Shown here: positions 37,801-50,231 of the stretch, piece after piece
Layout of the letters: every line of letters starts with the position of its first letter
Numbering within the stretch: position 1 is the stretch's first letter
Source: Lingula anatina
Taxonomy: Eukaryota; Animalia; Brachiopoda
Reading direction: 5' to 3'
NCBI GenBank assembly: GCA_051362555.1
Contig: CM120649.1
Coordinates: 13,144,001 to 13,208,000 of the forward strand
DNA length: 64,000 nucleotides
Program-made: the position numbers and the translations under genes
Notes under the pieces: generated by a model
Told to the model about the DNA's origin: nothing
Database searches by the model: none
Seen by the model: only the letters and a program-made list of their open reading frames with translations

Positions 37801-40800
37801 CACTATTATTTGATGACGGTACGTAACGCCACTGCTCTACACTGGAAAAATCGCGTATCAGTTGAATTCTATTTGCCACAAACACTGGGAATCGCTTCTT
37901 CTCATTGGCTATGTAGCGAAGTACAGTAGTGGAGTCGGTATGGTAAAACACTTTCAAGTCTTCCTCAATTTCTCTCTCTATCATTTTGGCTAGTCGCACT
38001 GAGGTAACTGCAGCGGTAAGTTCGAGTCGTGGGATTGACAGTCTTGATGGGTGCGAGTCGAGCTTTTCCTGCTACAAAGAAAACATTTATGTTTCCTGCA
38101 TAATCCTTACATCGAAGGTAGGCAACTGATCCATAACCATAGAAGCTGGCATCTGAGAAGACATGGAGCTGCACTTCACCATGTGGGAGACAGTCTGAAA
38201 GTTTGAAACAGCGGTTTATCTTTACATTTTCTAATGCTAATATCGAAGATGACCATTTGCTCCACCTTTCTTGAAACTTCTCCGGTACATCATCATCCCA
38301 TCCTACATTTCCGTCACGACAAAGATCCTGTAGTATTTTCTTCGCTGGCAATATCACCGGAGCCACAAAACCAAGTGGGTCATAAAGCGAAGAAATGACG
38401 GAGAGAATCCCCCTTCTAGTTGATGGTTTGGCTTTTAGCTGTATGGAAAACTCAAACTGATCTGTCTCAATGTTCCATTGTACCCCAAGCGTCTTTGTGA
38501 TTGGTAGCTCATCATAATGGATATCAATTGAGGATATTTCTTTGGAATGCTCAGCCTTGGGTATAGAGTCCATAACTTCAATGCTGTTGCTGGCAAACTT
38601 GGTAAGATGGAATCCTCCGCTTGCACAGGTTTTCTGAAGATCATCTACCAGTCTGATGGCGTCATAGGTAGACTTCACAGATTTAATACAGTCGTCTACA
38701 TAGAAATTTCTGAGAAGAGTTTTACTCACTTCAGAATTTTCTGCTTCAGCCCCAATTTTCTTCAGAACAAAATTGGCAACACTAGGAGAGGAGACGGCAC
38801 CAAAAAGATGAACGCTCATCTGATATTCTTGCAAGTCGCTGCTCAAGTCACCGTTTTCCCACCACATGAATCTCATAAAACTTCTCTGTTCTACTGGAAC
38901 ACGGACCTGAAAAAACATGGATTCTATATCGGCAGTGAATGCGGTTTGATGCTGACGGAACCTACAAAGAACTCCCACCAAGTTGTTGGCCAGATCCGGT
39001 CCTTGTAATAAGTGATCATTCAGGCTTGTCCCTTGAAACTTGGCACTTGCATCAAACACTACTCTAATTTTCCCCGGTTTGTTTGGATTGTATATACCGT
39101 GATGAGGTAAGTACCATACTTGGCCCTGTGCTGAGACATCATAAAGAGGAACACGCTCTGCATAACCACGCTCTAAAATATTTGAAACAAATGCTACGTA
39201 ATCTGCACGGTAAGTTTCGTTTTTCATCATCTTCCTCTTTTGCCACAATGCCCTCTGTACTGCTTGTGATCGGTTATTAGGAAGTGACACTTCACTGGAT
39301 CTGAAAGGTAAGGGCAAAGTATAATGACCATTCTCAAAAACAACACCATCTTCTGCAATCTGTAAGAAACGTTTGTCCTCTGGTGACATTCCTTTCTCAT
39401 CAGGATATGATGGCTTATGCTCACAAAAATCAAGCTCCATCATGTGCATTGCAGTAGCCGGGGACATTATCTCCTTGTGGACTTCCTCCACCTGTATACG
39501 ATTGCATGTAATGTGGTCACTAGTATCAGCGGTTAACGGTCCATGTACTGTCCAACCGTGTCTAAGTAACACTGCATACGGGCCTCCATTTGAAGAAGGT
39601 ATTGCTCCAAGCGGCTCCAAGGCTAGTGGGCAATTGTTTCCAATCAAGATAGCCAAGTCCACATTTTCTTGCAATTCTGGTATTTCCTGAGCAACACTTT
39701 TGAGGTGATCCCACCTTCTGACGATATCTGGCGTAGGTATCTGATCTTTGGTGATTGGAATATCATCTCTAGTGAAAGTTCGTGGCAGTTCAATGGCATT
39801 ATCACCATTACTATCTGTAATCACCAGATTTTCCACCGCACTGCTTTGAAAACAGCTGCTTCCAGACAAAGTCTTGAGCTGAAGACGAGTAGTTACACCC
39901 GAGGCATCAAGTTGGCGGAATAATCCTTCTGTAATAAAACAACCACTACTTCCATTATCATAAAAACAGTATGCATTCATAACAGTGCTACTACCTTTCT
40001 GGTGGATCTTCACTGGGAGAATTGCATGAAAAATACGGTCTGCAGACACTGTGGTAACGCAGGAAGACACAGTAGCACCATCGGTCAGCCGTGTATTAGC
40101 TTGAGCTGTGAGAGAATGCGATTGGACAGCAGGTTGTCGTTGGGGCCGAAAGCCTTCAACATGGAGTGAAGTTGGATGCAATTTCTGACACTTCTGACAT
40201 CGGCGTTTCTTGGTGCAGCCCTTTGACACGTGGTCTCGTCCAAAACATCCAAAACAGAGGCGTTTATCCATCAGAAAGGCTCTCTTGTCATCGATACTTT
40301 TAGATGAAAATGTCTGACAGTTCTCAAGGTCATGACGTCCTTGGCAAAGTGGACAACAAGGTTGCGCGGTAGTGACGTCAGAAATGGTCGTTGCCAAACT
40401 GGACACTTTTTGGTTGAACTTACTTGTTGGAGGCTTTGAAGACTTTGTAGAGATGGTCCCTTTACCAAACACTGGGTCGTTGGCTACTTCAGACGCTGAT
40501 GATACAAAGGAGACAAGATCTGAAAACTGAACAACTCTTTGTTGATGTTGTCTCAACTTTACTACATGCTCTCGCCATTTATTTTGCAAATAAAAAGGTA
40601 GTTTCTTAACTACATTTATCATATTGGGTGGGTGATTTAACACACTGAGGTAAGATAAATGCTGCATTGCATAAGAACACTTTGTTAATGACAAAGCTAA
40701 TTTCTTTAGACCAACATGATCATCTTGTTTTACAGATGGCAACTCATTCACTTTATTCAAATACATCATAGCAGTTTTATATGGGTCACCATATTCTTTG

Positions 40801-43800
40801 TCAAGCAACATACGGGCTTGTTGATACCCATCCTCTAAATAAAAACAACTACTGATGATTTCTTTGGGCTCACCTATCAGTAACTGATCAAGGTAATACA
40901 ATTTGTCAGATGAAGATGCTGCACGAGAAGCAATACGAGTATCAAAAGCAGCCAAGAAAACCCTATACTCAGTTAAGTCACCAGCAAACTTTGGCACTTC
41001 TGGCTGAGGTAAGGACAACGCAGCTAGGAGAGCATCAGTTTGGAGTAGATGACTGACTCCAGGAATGCCACTGTTCTGAGGGACACGCTCTGGTACTTCT
41101 ACGCCAGTGGGGAGTAAAGGACTGCCTCCAGGAATGCCACTGGTCTGAGGTGCACGCGCTGGTACTTCTACGCCAGTGGGGAGTAAAGAACTGCCTCTGG
41201 GAATTGCTCCGGCCTGGGGAGTGATCGCCGTTGTCACATCAGTTGTGGGTTCTCGGGGAATGACCCTGGCATAAGGAGTTGGTGTCGGTGCTTCTACATC
41301 AGTCATAGGTCCTCGGGGAATGGTCCTGGTGCTCGGAGTGAACGCTGGTGCTTCTGCATCGATCGGATGTACATGGCTGTCTCGGGGAATAAATTCAGGA
41401 GCCTCTACATTCATCATACCGTGGTCGGAGAGGTTATCTACCCAGGCATCTACATTAATGGTTTTCAACGGTGCCCATGTTTACAGCTCTGCTTCCGCTT
41501 TTTTAATTGCAGTCTGAACACGCAGCGATTCCTTCCTTTGCTTTAGTCGAAATTCTTCTTCTTCAATTTTCTGTTTTTCTTTTAATGCCTTCGCCTCTTC
41601 TTCTAAAACTGCCCTTTTTGCCGCAGCTCTTGTAGATCTTTCACTGTTGGTGGTTGATCTTGAACTTTTACTAGAGCAGGAGACAGCATCGTCTTCATGG
41701 AAATGGAATTTGGAGATATATAAAGATGTACGGCGTTGAACTTTACTAAAATTTTCCTCTGCCTGGTCTAAATATTTTTCTGCTCCTTTTTCTTCTTGGG
41801 TATTAAGCAAATTGAAGTATTTAAAATGTGCCTCTCTAAATCGGTCTATTGAAACACAAAAGTCATTCAATGCTTTCTGTACAATATTTACATGAGCAGA
41901 GTCCAAAATAAGTTCATTTATGATGTTTTCTTTTTTAGTACATTCACCTTTAAAGGCGGCACGACTGTGCTTTAATTCTTGACGATAGTCCCGGTCTCCA
42001 CCTGCATCCATGGCTGTTATTATGTACTAGTGTGAAATCGTTGAGACATTGGAGAGTTTATGTTACTCATGCTTTATTTTTAAACGTTCAGTTCAGTAAC
42101 CATTCACATCGCTTATGTCGGTACATTAAATGGACTAGTCAGCAGGTCAGCATATCAGCATGACAGCAAGCAAGCAAGCAAGCAAGGTACATAATCTAAA
42201 AAAAACAAAACAATAAATAAATAAAATGAATAAATAAATAAAGGAAACTATATAAATACTTATGCATCAAATACATAGGCCTAAGTATAATTTACTAGAT
42301 ATATGGAACATTACATTACATTAATTCGGTTATATATAGCGAGACTTGAAATTTGCTATATCTATACAGTAAGCAGAAATGATATGAAGTTTACCTTTTA
42401 ATGCAATAATCATAATTAAAACGTTATATACTGAATTACAGGAAGGGTTTTGCAGTTGATAATTAAACCAATGCGTTCTCATATTATCATTTATCGTACT
42501 TCATATTAATTACCACACCCTACCAGGTACTCTATCTTATATACCTATTTTTTCACCTTTATAATTTATACAGAAAACTTATAAATACACACTTGATAGT
42601 AAAAACACTTACATTATGATTTCTCCCTTTGAACTGTTACAATACACTATACTACGTTGGGAAATACGGTTAGCTGCAGGAGAGACCCTTCTTGTACGGA
42701 TTCTTGTAGCGTTATGACCCAGTAGCATTCAAATAAGCGCGCTACTCACACAAGTAATGAAAACTACTCATAACTGTTATAGCTAAAACAAGGAATCTGT
42801 ACTTACACCTTGTTTATATAAAACAGGGAATCTGGCACTTACAGTTGAAGACATACAGATGTAGTGTATCCCCTTACGAAAAAGTCCTATAGGATCCTAT
42901 AGGATCTTATAGGATCCTATAAGACTTTTTCGTTAGGGTCGGAATCTGTTAAAATGGGATGCAATCAATATCTTATAAACGCACTGCAGTTTATGAGAAA
43001 CTGCAGAAGCAGGTATTTAAATGTTTGTTTTAATTCTTTACTATCTACTGTAAATGTGGGTGAAAATGTGTTCTTTGCTCTTTAATACAGAATTGACGGT
43101 CTAGTGCAGAGCATTAACCAAAACAACACAAGACTGACGCTTAATAACAACACCGTCATTGTAGACATCGCTAAGGTCAGGAACAACGCCACTGGTGCCG
43201 TGATGATGATTGCAATTCAGTATGACACCGGTATGTATGGTATTACTTTTATTATATGACATTTAATTCACTATAACACTATAAAATTATTGAATATAAG
43301 AATCCTCACCAATATGTTATCCTACTTCGTGGCTTGTTTCCTGACAGATGCGTTTACATTATATTTGCGTATCAGTATTTGGTGTCTTTCCCTCCATATT
43401 AGAGAGCTTTCGCACCTGTACGTTTAGGCGAACGACTACGTTTAGGTCATCATATTTTGCTGTCTAGTGACGTGTACACATACGGTTAGAGAGAACATTA
43501 TCCGCAGCTAGATTACTACCCGTCAATGAAAAACGGTTTGACAAATCAGCATAATTTTATGAAATCAAGCCTTTCAAAATTGATCGTTTCTCTGCTATAA
43601 TTATATTGGACATTTTATTTTTGTAATATATGTGAAACGTGTTGTCTCTGTTATTTGTGTCTATGTTTTTGTTACTATTGAAATATAAGTTATACCCGTA
43701 AAAAAAGGCATTTTCCACTGACCACAAGGCAGTCAGAACTGGCCTTCCGCACGCATGACTGATTGTATTATAAGACTGTTAGGTCATCATTTTGTGAGCA

Positions 43801-46800
43801 GTTGTTACGAGTACACATGCCTTTATAAGTGGTCTGTAGACTAGCCGTCTGCACTTGACGCATAACAGGCAGGATATCCGTAAGGTAAGTGCCGTTTAGT
43901 AAGATACTACTAGTAGCTCGATTTTCTCCTTTAGTTGACAGGGCGTCTCCTTGACTTTTAATGCAAATTTTATGAAGCCTTGTTTCGAAAGTCACATGGC
44001 GTCCTGTTTTGTGTATTTGAATAAATGAATTATAAATATAAAGTAAGGACAGCACATCTTTCTTTACATGAAATTGTCTATAATAGCAAATATTGATTAA
44101 TATTTATTGTATCAGTAACAATTACTGACGCTGCATTAATTGGTGACCCGCTTATTTTTTTCAGCTGAAAATTGCGACAACATGCAGCCAACTAAGAAGC
44201 GCCGTACTGATTCACCAGCAGATTACGTCAGTTACCTGAAAGACAAGCTGGCCTTCGAGAAAGAACACTTTGAATTAGAAAAGAAAGAGCGAGAAGCTAA
44301 AATTAAGAAAGACAAACAAATGATTAAGATGGTTATGTCTTTGGTTAAGAAGAAAAACTGCTGCCTACAAGATACACATGGGCTGAATCTTTGTTAAAAC
44401 ATTAGTTTTTTTATTCAAGATTTCACTTAAATAAATGTTTGCTTGCGGTATGAATTTTACATTTTACTCTTTAATTTTCCATACGCACAATGTACACGTG
44501 TACAGTTCATGCTAAATAGTCCACCAAGGTTGGAGGATCTAGTTAAAAGTACCGACTCATCTGATTGCCATACACACAGGTATGGCAGTTGGCCAGAAGA
44601 CCACCTACCAAGTACTGCTTGGCTACAGGAGACAACAGTACTTTTTAATTCTTTCGAAAGTCCAGGAAGGCAAAGTTTCACAATAAAAGTTTCCGAACTC
44701 CCACTCGACGCATTCCCGCACAGGCAGGGGCGTAACCAGACCTTTTAAAATTGTACGCACAGATTTTGAAAATTCCCAGGTACAATTATATTCCGTGAAA
44801 AATACACTGAATTTATGGAGAATAATATCATGGTTGGCTCAAAAAATTGTACGCACAGTGCATCCGTGCGTATGCCTGGTTACGCCCCTGCAGGGGACAT
44901 TCTCCTGTTGAATTATTCTTCTTCGGTACTCATATTTGCTCCTCTGAAGGGACTCAACAGATACCTTTTAACGGGGTAAGCCGGATCTCCATGAACTGCG
45001 TATGGAAGACCATTCCAAAATTACCTAACCTGTCCAATGGCGTATGACCTAATTTAACGTCTCTGCATAAGACTCGGTCACAATCGGCCGTACGGGCTCT
45101 TACGGGCTGTTTGCGTCCAAATTTTGCGCAGAATCTCACGTCCCACGCAAAGCCTTCTTACGCAATTTCGAGCTCGCAGACAGCCCGTAAGCACGGACGG
45201 AGGATGTTGGACATGTCCAAAAGTTTCTACGAATAGCCTGCGAACAGCGAGACCGCAAGCGTAACTTGCTCACCTCGCACGGAGTTAGCAAGAGAGACGC
45301 GCGTTGTGGAAGACGCACGTCGCAAGCAATGAAGGAGTAAGTGCCCTTTGCGTGTTGAGTAAGGCGCACGCCCTCACAACTAACGAACAAAGTCGAGAGC
45401 CTACCGGGAATGCGTCGCACGTGCGTCACCCCCACGCCTGGTGTATAAAAGGCGTGCTCACGACGAACGCTTGCGTCTTTACAATTAACATCGACTATGT
45501 AACGTGTACAGCAATTTTCAAAATTTTCAAATTTTTGCTCAATTCAGTTTCTAATATGCCTCCAAAAGGCAAGAGAAAGAAGCTTACATATTAGAAAAAA
45601 GGGAGAAGGAAGAAGAAAGAAGAGGAGAACAGGAACCAAAACTGACGTACGCCGTCAGTATGTCACCACAAACGTGAAGCAAAACTGACGCAAAAGGGCA
45701 CTACTTTCGCCGCGCATTGCATTCCCTTCGTAAGTGGTGAGTGTGTGCCACGTACACAGGAAGCAAGACAAACTCAAAAAATGAGTACAATTTCCACGAC
45801 CATCGCTCCTTGCAATTAGCGTCCCTGCCTGAAAGGACATCTTATGTGGCCCTTGCGACTCGCAAGGCAGACTTTCCTATACCTCTACGACCTCCACGGC
45901 CTCCGCAACACCCAAAAATCGCAGGGGTCGTACGATCCTGAAATTCGTGCGTCCGGTTGTGACCGAGGCTTTACAGCACGTAAAACATGTATCAGCCTAC
46001 TCAGCTATTGTACAATCCGACTATCCGTAAAGGCTAACCGGGTCTTTCTGCGAAATCACGAAAAAATAAACGATGGTCATTTTACGGTTACGGATAGCTA
46101 AATGTAGTCGGTCGCCTAAACGTGCAGGTGCGAAAGCTCTCTATTATACCCTTGAAGTCTACGTGTACGTCTCTGAAGGCTACAACTACAGGTTCTCAAC
46201 TTCAGCATTTTATATCAGCCAACGATATTAAGTTACCTTTGCCGTCTCCCGCTGAATGTATATTCTTCACTGAAAAGTTCATTATTTAAGGCATGTACCA
46301 TGTATATGAACTCATAATAAAAATAAGATACATTCCCTAGGTGTATCCGTCACAGTAGACGTCCGGTTCAGTCCGGTGATGGGGCGTCTCTTCCTTAACG
46401 TGCGTTCTGGTCTAACTGCCAGTTTTAAGGGACAGACGTCTGGACTGTGTGGACTAATGGATGACAACCAGGATAACGACTTCACTCTGGCCAACGGCAC
46501 CGTGGTCACCAAGGACAAGGCAGTGGAATTTGCCGAATCATGTGAGTCATAAGGAAAAATAATACAACAACTAGTACTGCATATGTACATTGTTTATGCG
46601 GATATACCCGGTAAATGTACGTGTATATACCAGTTTTTGATTTGCTTATATAAATGTTTATCTTTCACCTCTGTTACGGGGTGAAAAATAAATGAATCAA
46701 TTGAAGAATAAATAGGTAATTCGTTTTCATCACAGGGAGAATTAGTGAGTCGTTTTCCGGGTCTGGACTATACGGCAGTTGGTCCTGGGACAGTTCTAAC

Positions 46801-49800
46801 TTCCACGCTGATGACGTCATGGACCCCTCCTACACCGACCCCAGTCTATACAATCCGGCCTATGCTCCTGTCAATGTGTCTCAGGCTGAGAAGAAGGTAA
46901 TCTGGTCCAATAAAGCGTGAATCTAATTACAGTCCTATGGTTTAAGTTTATAATTCAGACTCTGCATCATTATTCTTAAAACTGCCGTGTCACTGAAAGA
47001 AGTATACACTGGATTGTTGAAATATGTTGCATAACATTTCTAACGCCTCAGATACGCGTTTGAGTAATATACGCTAATGGTCCTCTGGTGATATTTTATT
47101 TTAAGAGCAGATGCCTGTAAGAATCAAATAAATTCTTCCTTTTTTTGTCCATTGATAAACTAGGTCCCAAACCGTTCAATTCAGCATTATTCCTGTCAAA
47201 TTTGCTTGTTGTTATGGTTACGGGTGAAAACTCGGTTGCTTTCAAGCACCTGGACGTGGCGAATAATGAATGCACTTAACTGTGTCGCTAAAATGCCGTT
47301 AATTATTTTCCAGGCTGCAGAGACGGCATGTCAGGGGAAAGGACTGGAAGGCGTGTTACTCCAGGAGTGTGTCTATGACATCTTGGTCACGAAAGATATC
47401 ACTTTCTCCAACCAAGAAGCATACCAAAGCGGTAAGTGGTACATTAAATCTAAACATTAACTTTTTCATGTAGTGATGCTTATTTAGATATGTTTGTGAT
47501 AATATAATATTAGTTGTGCAGTATTCGGATTAATTGATTGAAAAATCCTAGTGCACATGTACATGTTTATATTATATATATATGTAATTGTAAATTAAAC
47601 CTGATTTCCACGTGTATATTCTACCAGGTTGTCCCGGTCAATGTAACGGCAAAGGCAGATGCATCAACAGCACGTGCGAATGTAACAGTGGGTGGACAGG
47701 ATCGGACTGTTCCATTGGTAAGTGTGTCTGGAACATATTTTTTTTATTTTATAACCTTTTTATTTTACATGTACATAGAGGCTACAAGACTAAATAATTG
47801 CTTTTTTACAGCTTATATTTACCATTGTCTAGTGGCTAGGAATTGACACGTTACAACCGTTTTAAATAACAAATAAATAATAATGTTATACATAAAATTA
47901 TAAAAAATGTATCAGAAACTCTCTTTTAATAAAATAGAGAAAGTTAAATTAAGGGAAATTTCCATCATAACTGTTTGATGGACTCTTGCTCATTTAAGCG
48001 TAGTATATAATTTCGTAACAAATGTTACTGTGGTTATTTAAGGTTCCTGCGGTGTATGCGTAAACGGTGCATGTGACAGTGGTTTCTGTGTGTGTGAAGT
48101 CGGCTGGGAAGGAGTTGCCTGTGACCAGAAAGGTAATGAAATGAAACATCTTAATTGCTATAATATAAATATTACTAGAGCGAGTGGACGGCTGCTTTTT
48201 ATTTTGGAGGTCATTTTCGATTTTTATAGAAGTAGGCCCAAAAGAAGCAGTTACTGATTCCGCATTCCTACCGTATCATTTTCCAATTAGTAAATTATAT
48301 CTTAAAGCGTGAAATTATATAGTACAAGTTTTATCTTGAAAAAGTTTTTTTTTGCGGTCATATTGTGACCTTCCGACAGGCTTCTTTATCCAAAAGCACT
48401 CAAAATATCACTTTTTACAATTGAGCCAAAATTTCATGCTTACGTACGAGTGTACGTTTAATACATTTTTTAACCATATTGCTAGTCTAAAAGAAAAGCG
48501 TATTTCTGCAGTATTCAGTTTTGCGATAAATACCAAGATAACAATGCAACCGGACAATTCGTCATAGTAATTAAAATGGTGTCCATTAAATATTTACCAC
48601 CACTGAGTCTCACCTTGATTGAAAACAAAAATATTTTGTGGTCTTTCATTTGCAACCGTATTCAAAAAGTAGGATTTTAGAGACCCATAATTGTGACGTT
48701 TCACAGCTATGGCTTTGGTTTTGTTTCAGCTACATGTTTCTACGTGAACAACTGCACAGACGAGGACCACGGCGTGTGCTATAAGACGAACAGATGTCGC
48801 TGTGAACCAGGCTTTGTTGGTGGGTTTTGAAATTAGAGTTTAATTTTTTTCTTAAGTATTAATGATTTCTGACTAATTTCAACTGAAATATAATAACTTC
48901 TCGAATTTGATTATAGGCTTTATGTAGTGGTTTTTGCAAACGATCATTATACAAATATATGAAGAATTACTCACGTAAAGCACCCTTCCCTGTTGACATC
49001 TGGCTGAATATTTTAACTCTTTGTTGACATCAACTTCTGTGTATTTTAAGGCAATGACTGTAGCATCGTTGCAACCTGTGCCAACGTGTCTGAATGTTCC
49101 GGTCACGGGGTCTGCGTGGACTTTGGCGTATGCAAATGTGACAACGGATGGGCGGGGCCAAGCTGTACAGAGTTTTCATGTGAAAGTCTGGCATTGTGCT
49201 CAGGTAGGTTATCGAAGGCATATTTGAATTCAACTGTGAGATCAAAAGTGTTTTCAGATCAGGCATTCACATATTACCGTAGTTTCTGCAGTGGTGTTTT
49301 CACATGTTGGCACCTTAATACATAGCTCGGCTTTAAAGTAAGGTTTTAACGGAGCCTCTGCGCCCAACAAATTATCAAAGAATGTCAGCTCCATGTAGAT
49401 CATTCACCCAAATTTATTAGGCTTTTGATTGAGATATTTGTTGCAAAAGGGAATATGTCGCCCGTAACGCAATAAAATTAAAGAACCTATCAAACATAAC
49501 GGAACAGAGAAATCTCTTGTAAATATTTACACCAATTGCATGCGCACTGAAGCGCAAACCATGGTCCATGGCAAAACATAAAGCACTTTAAAATAACATC
49601 TTTTTTATGCCACAGTCTGCTTGGATAGGCTTTATCAATGTTGCAAACAAAACGGTTTATATTGCATTGCAGGTCATGGGCGATGTGAAGGTTATGACGT
49701 ATGCAAATGTGACAATGGTTGGCAAGGAAACAGCTGCTCTCTTCCCGATTGTTCTTCAAATAATGGCTGCTCCCTGCACGGCGTATGCACTGCACCTGGC

Positions 49801-50189
49801 ACGTGCACCTGTTACGACGGTTACCATGGAGAAAACTGTACCACTGTGAAGAACTGTACGGCACTGAATGGTTGTAGTGGTAACGGTATATGCATCAGCT
49901 CTGGGGAGAATGGGACTGATACCGTATGCAGGTACATATTTTAAGTTTCATTTTAGACACTTCTAAAATAACTCTTTCATATGTTGAGTGTTTAGATACG
50001 CAATCGCTATCATTCTCACTTTTTACACTGTAGTGAATGCTTCGTGAGACGTTTGGTATTTAGTTTAATTAGTGGATTACGCTGTTCCAAGCTGGTTGTA
50101 GTTGTTTGTCTGCTGAAAACTTGAACGCGTTTTGATACCTTTGGCATGTTTAATTTTGCGACAACAATTATTGCTAGACACCCTTACAC

Positions 50190-50231
<42 letters not shown>

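Larger units (their letters stand above)
28249..42843 (-). mobile_element. Tandem BEL/Pao LTR retrotransposon (LTR-int-LTR-int-LTR) in intron 29, antisense to the host gene
   Basis: Exact 6,891-bp period; three 813-bp TG...CA LTRs; one 5-bp TSD GTTGA (28244-28248, 42844-42848); Pao-type Gag-PR-RT-RH-IN. Confidence 0.95.
43401..46142. mobile_element. Internally deleted PIF/Harbinger-superfamily (PHIS; Pangu/Harbinger2-like) DNA transposon in intron 30
   Basis: ~43-bp TIRs AGAGAGCTTTCGCACCTG(T/C)ACGTTTAGGCG; 3-bp TSD ATT on both sides; convergent accessory-ORF and transposase remnants. Confidence 0.88.

Noticed and set aside
29322-41517. Many + strand ORFs within the BEL units
   Set aside because: Antisense shadows of gag-pol with no motifs
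42885-42925. Short regularly repeated units resembling a CRISPR or operator array
   Set aside because: No spacers; interior of a palindromic mini-MITE in a eukaryotic intron
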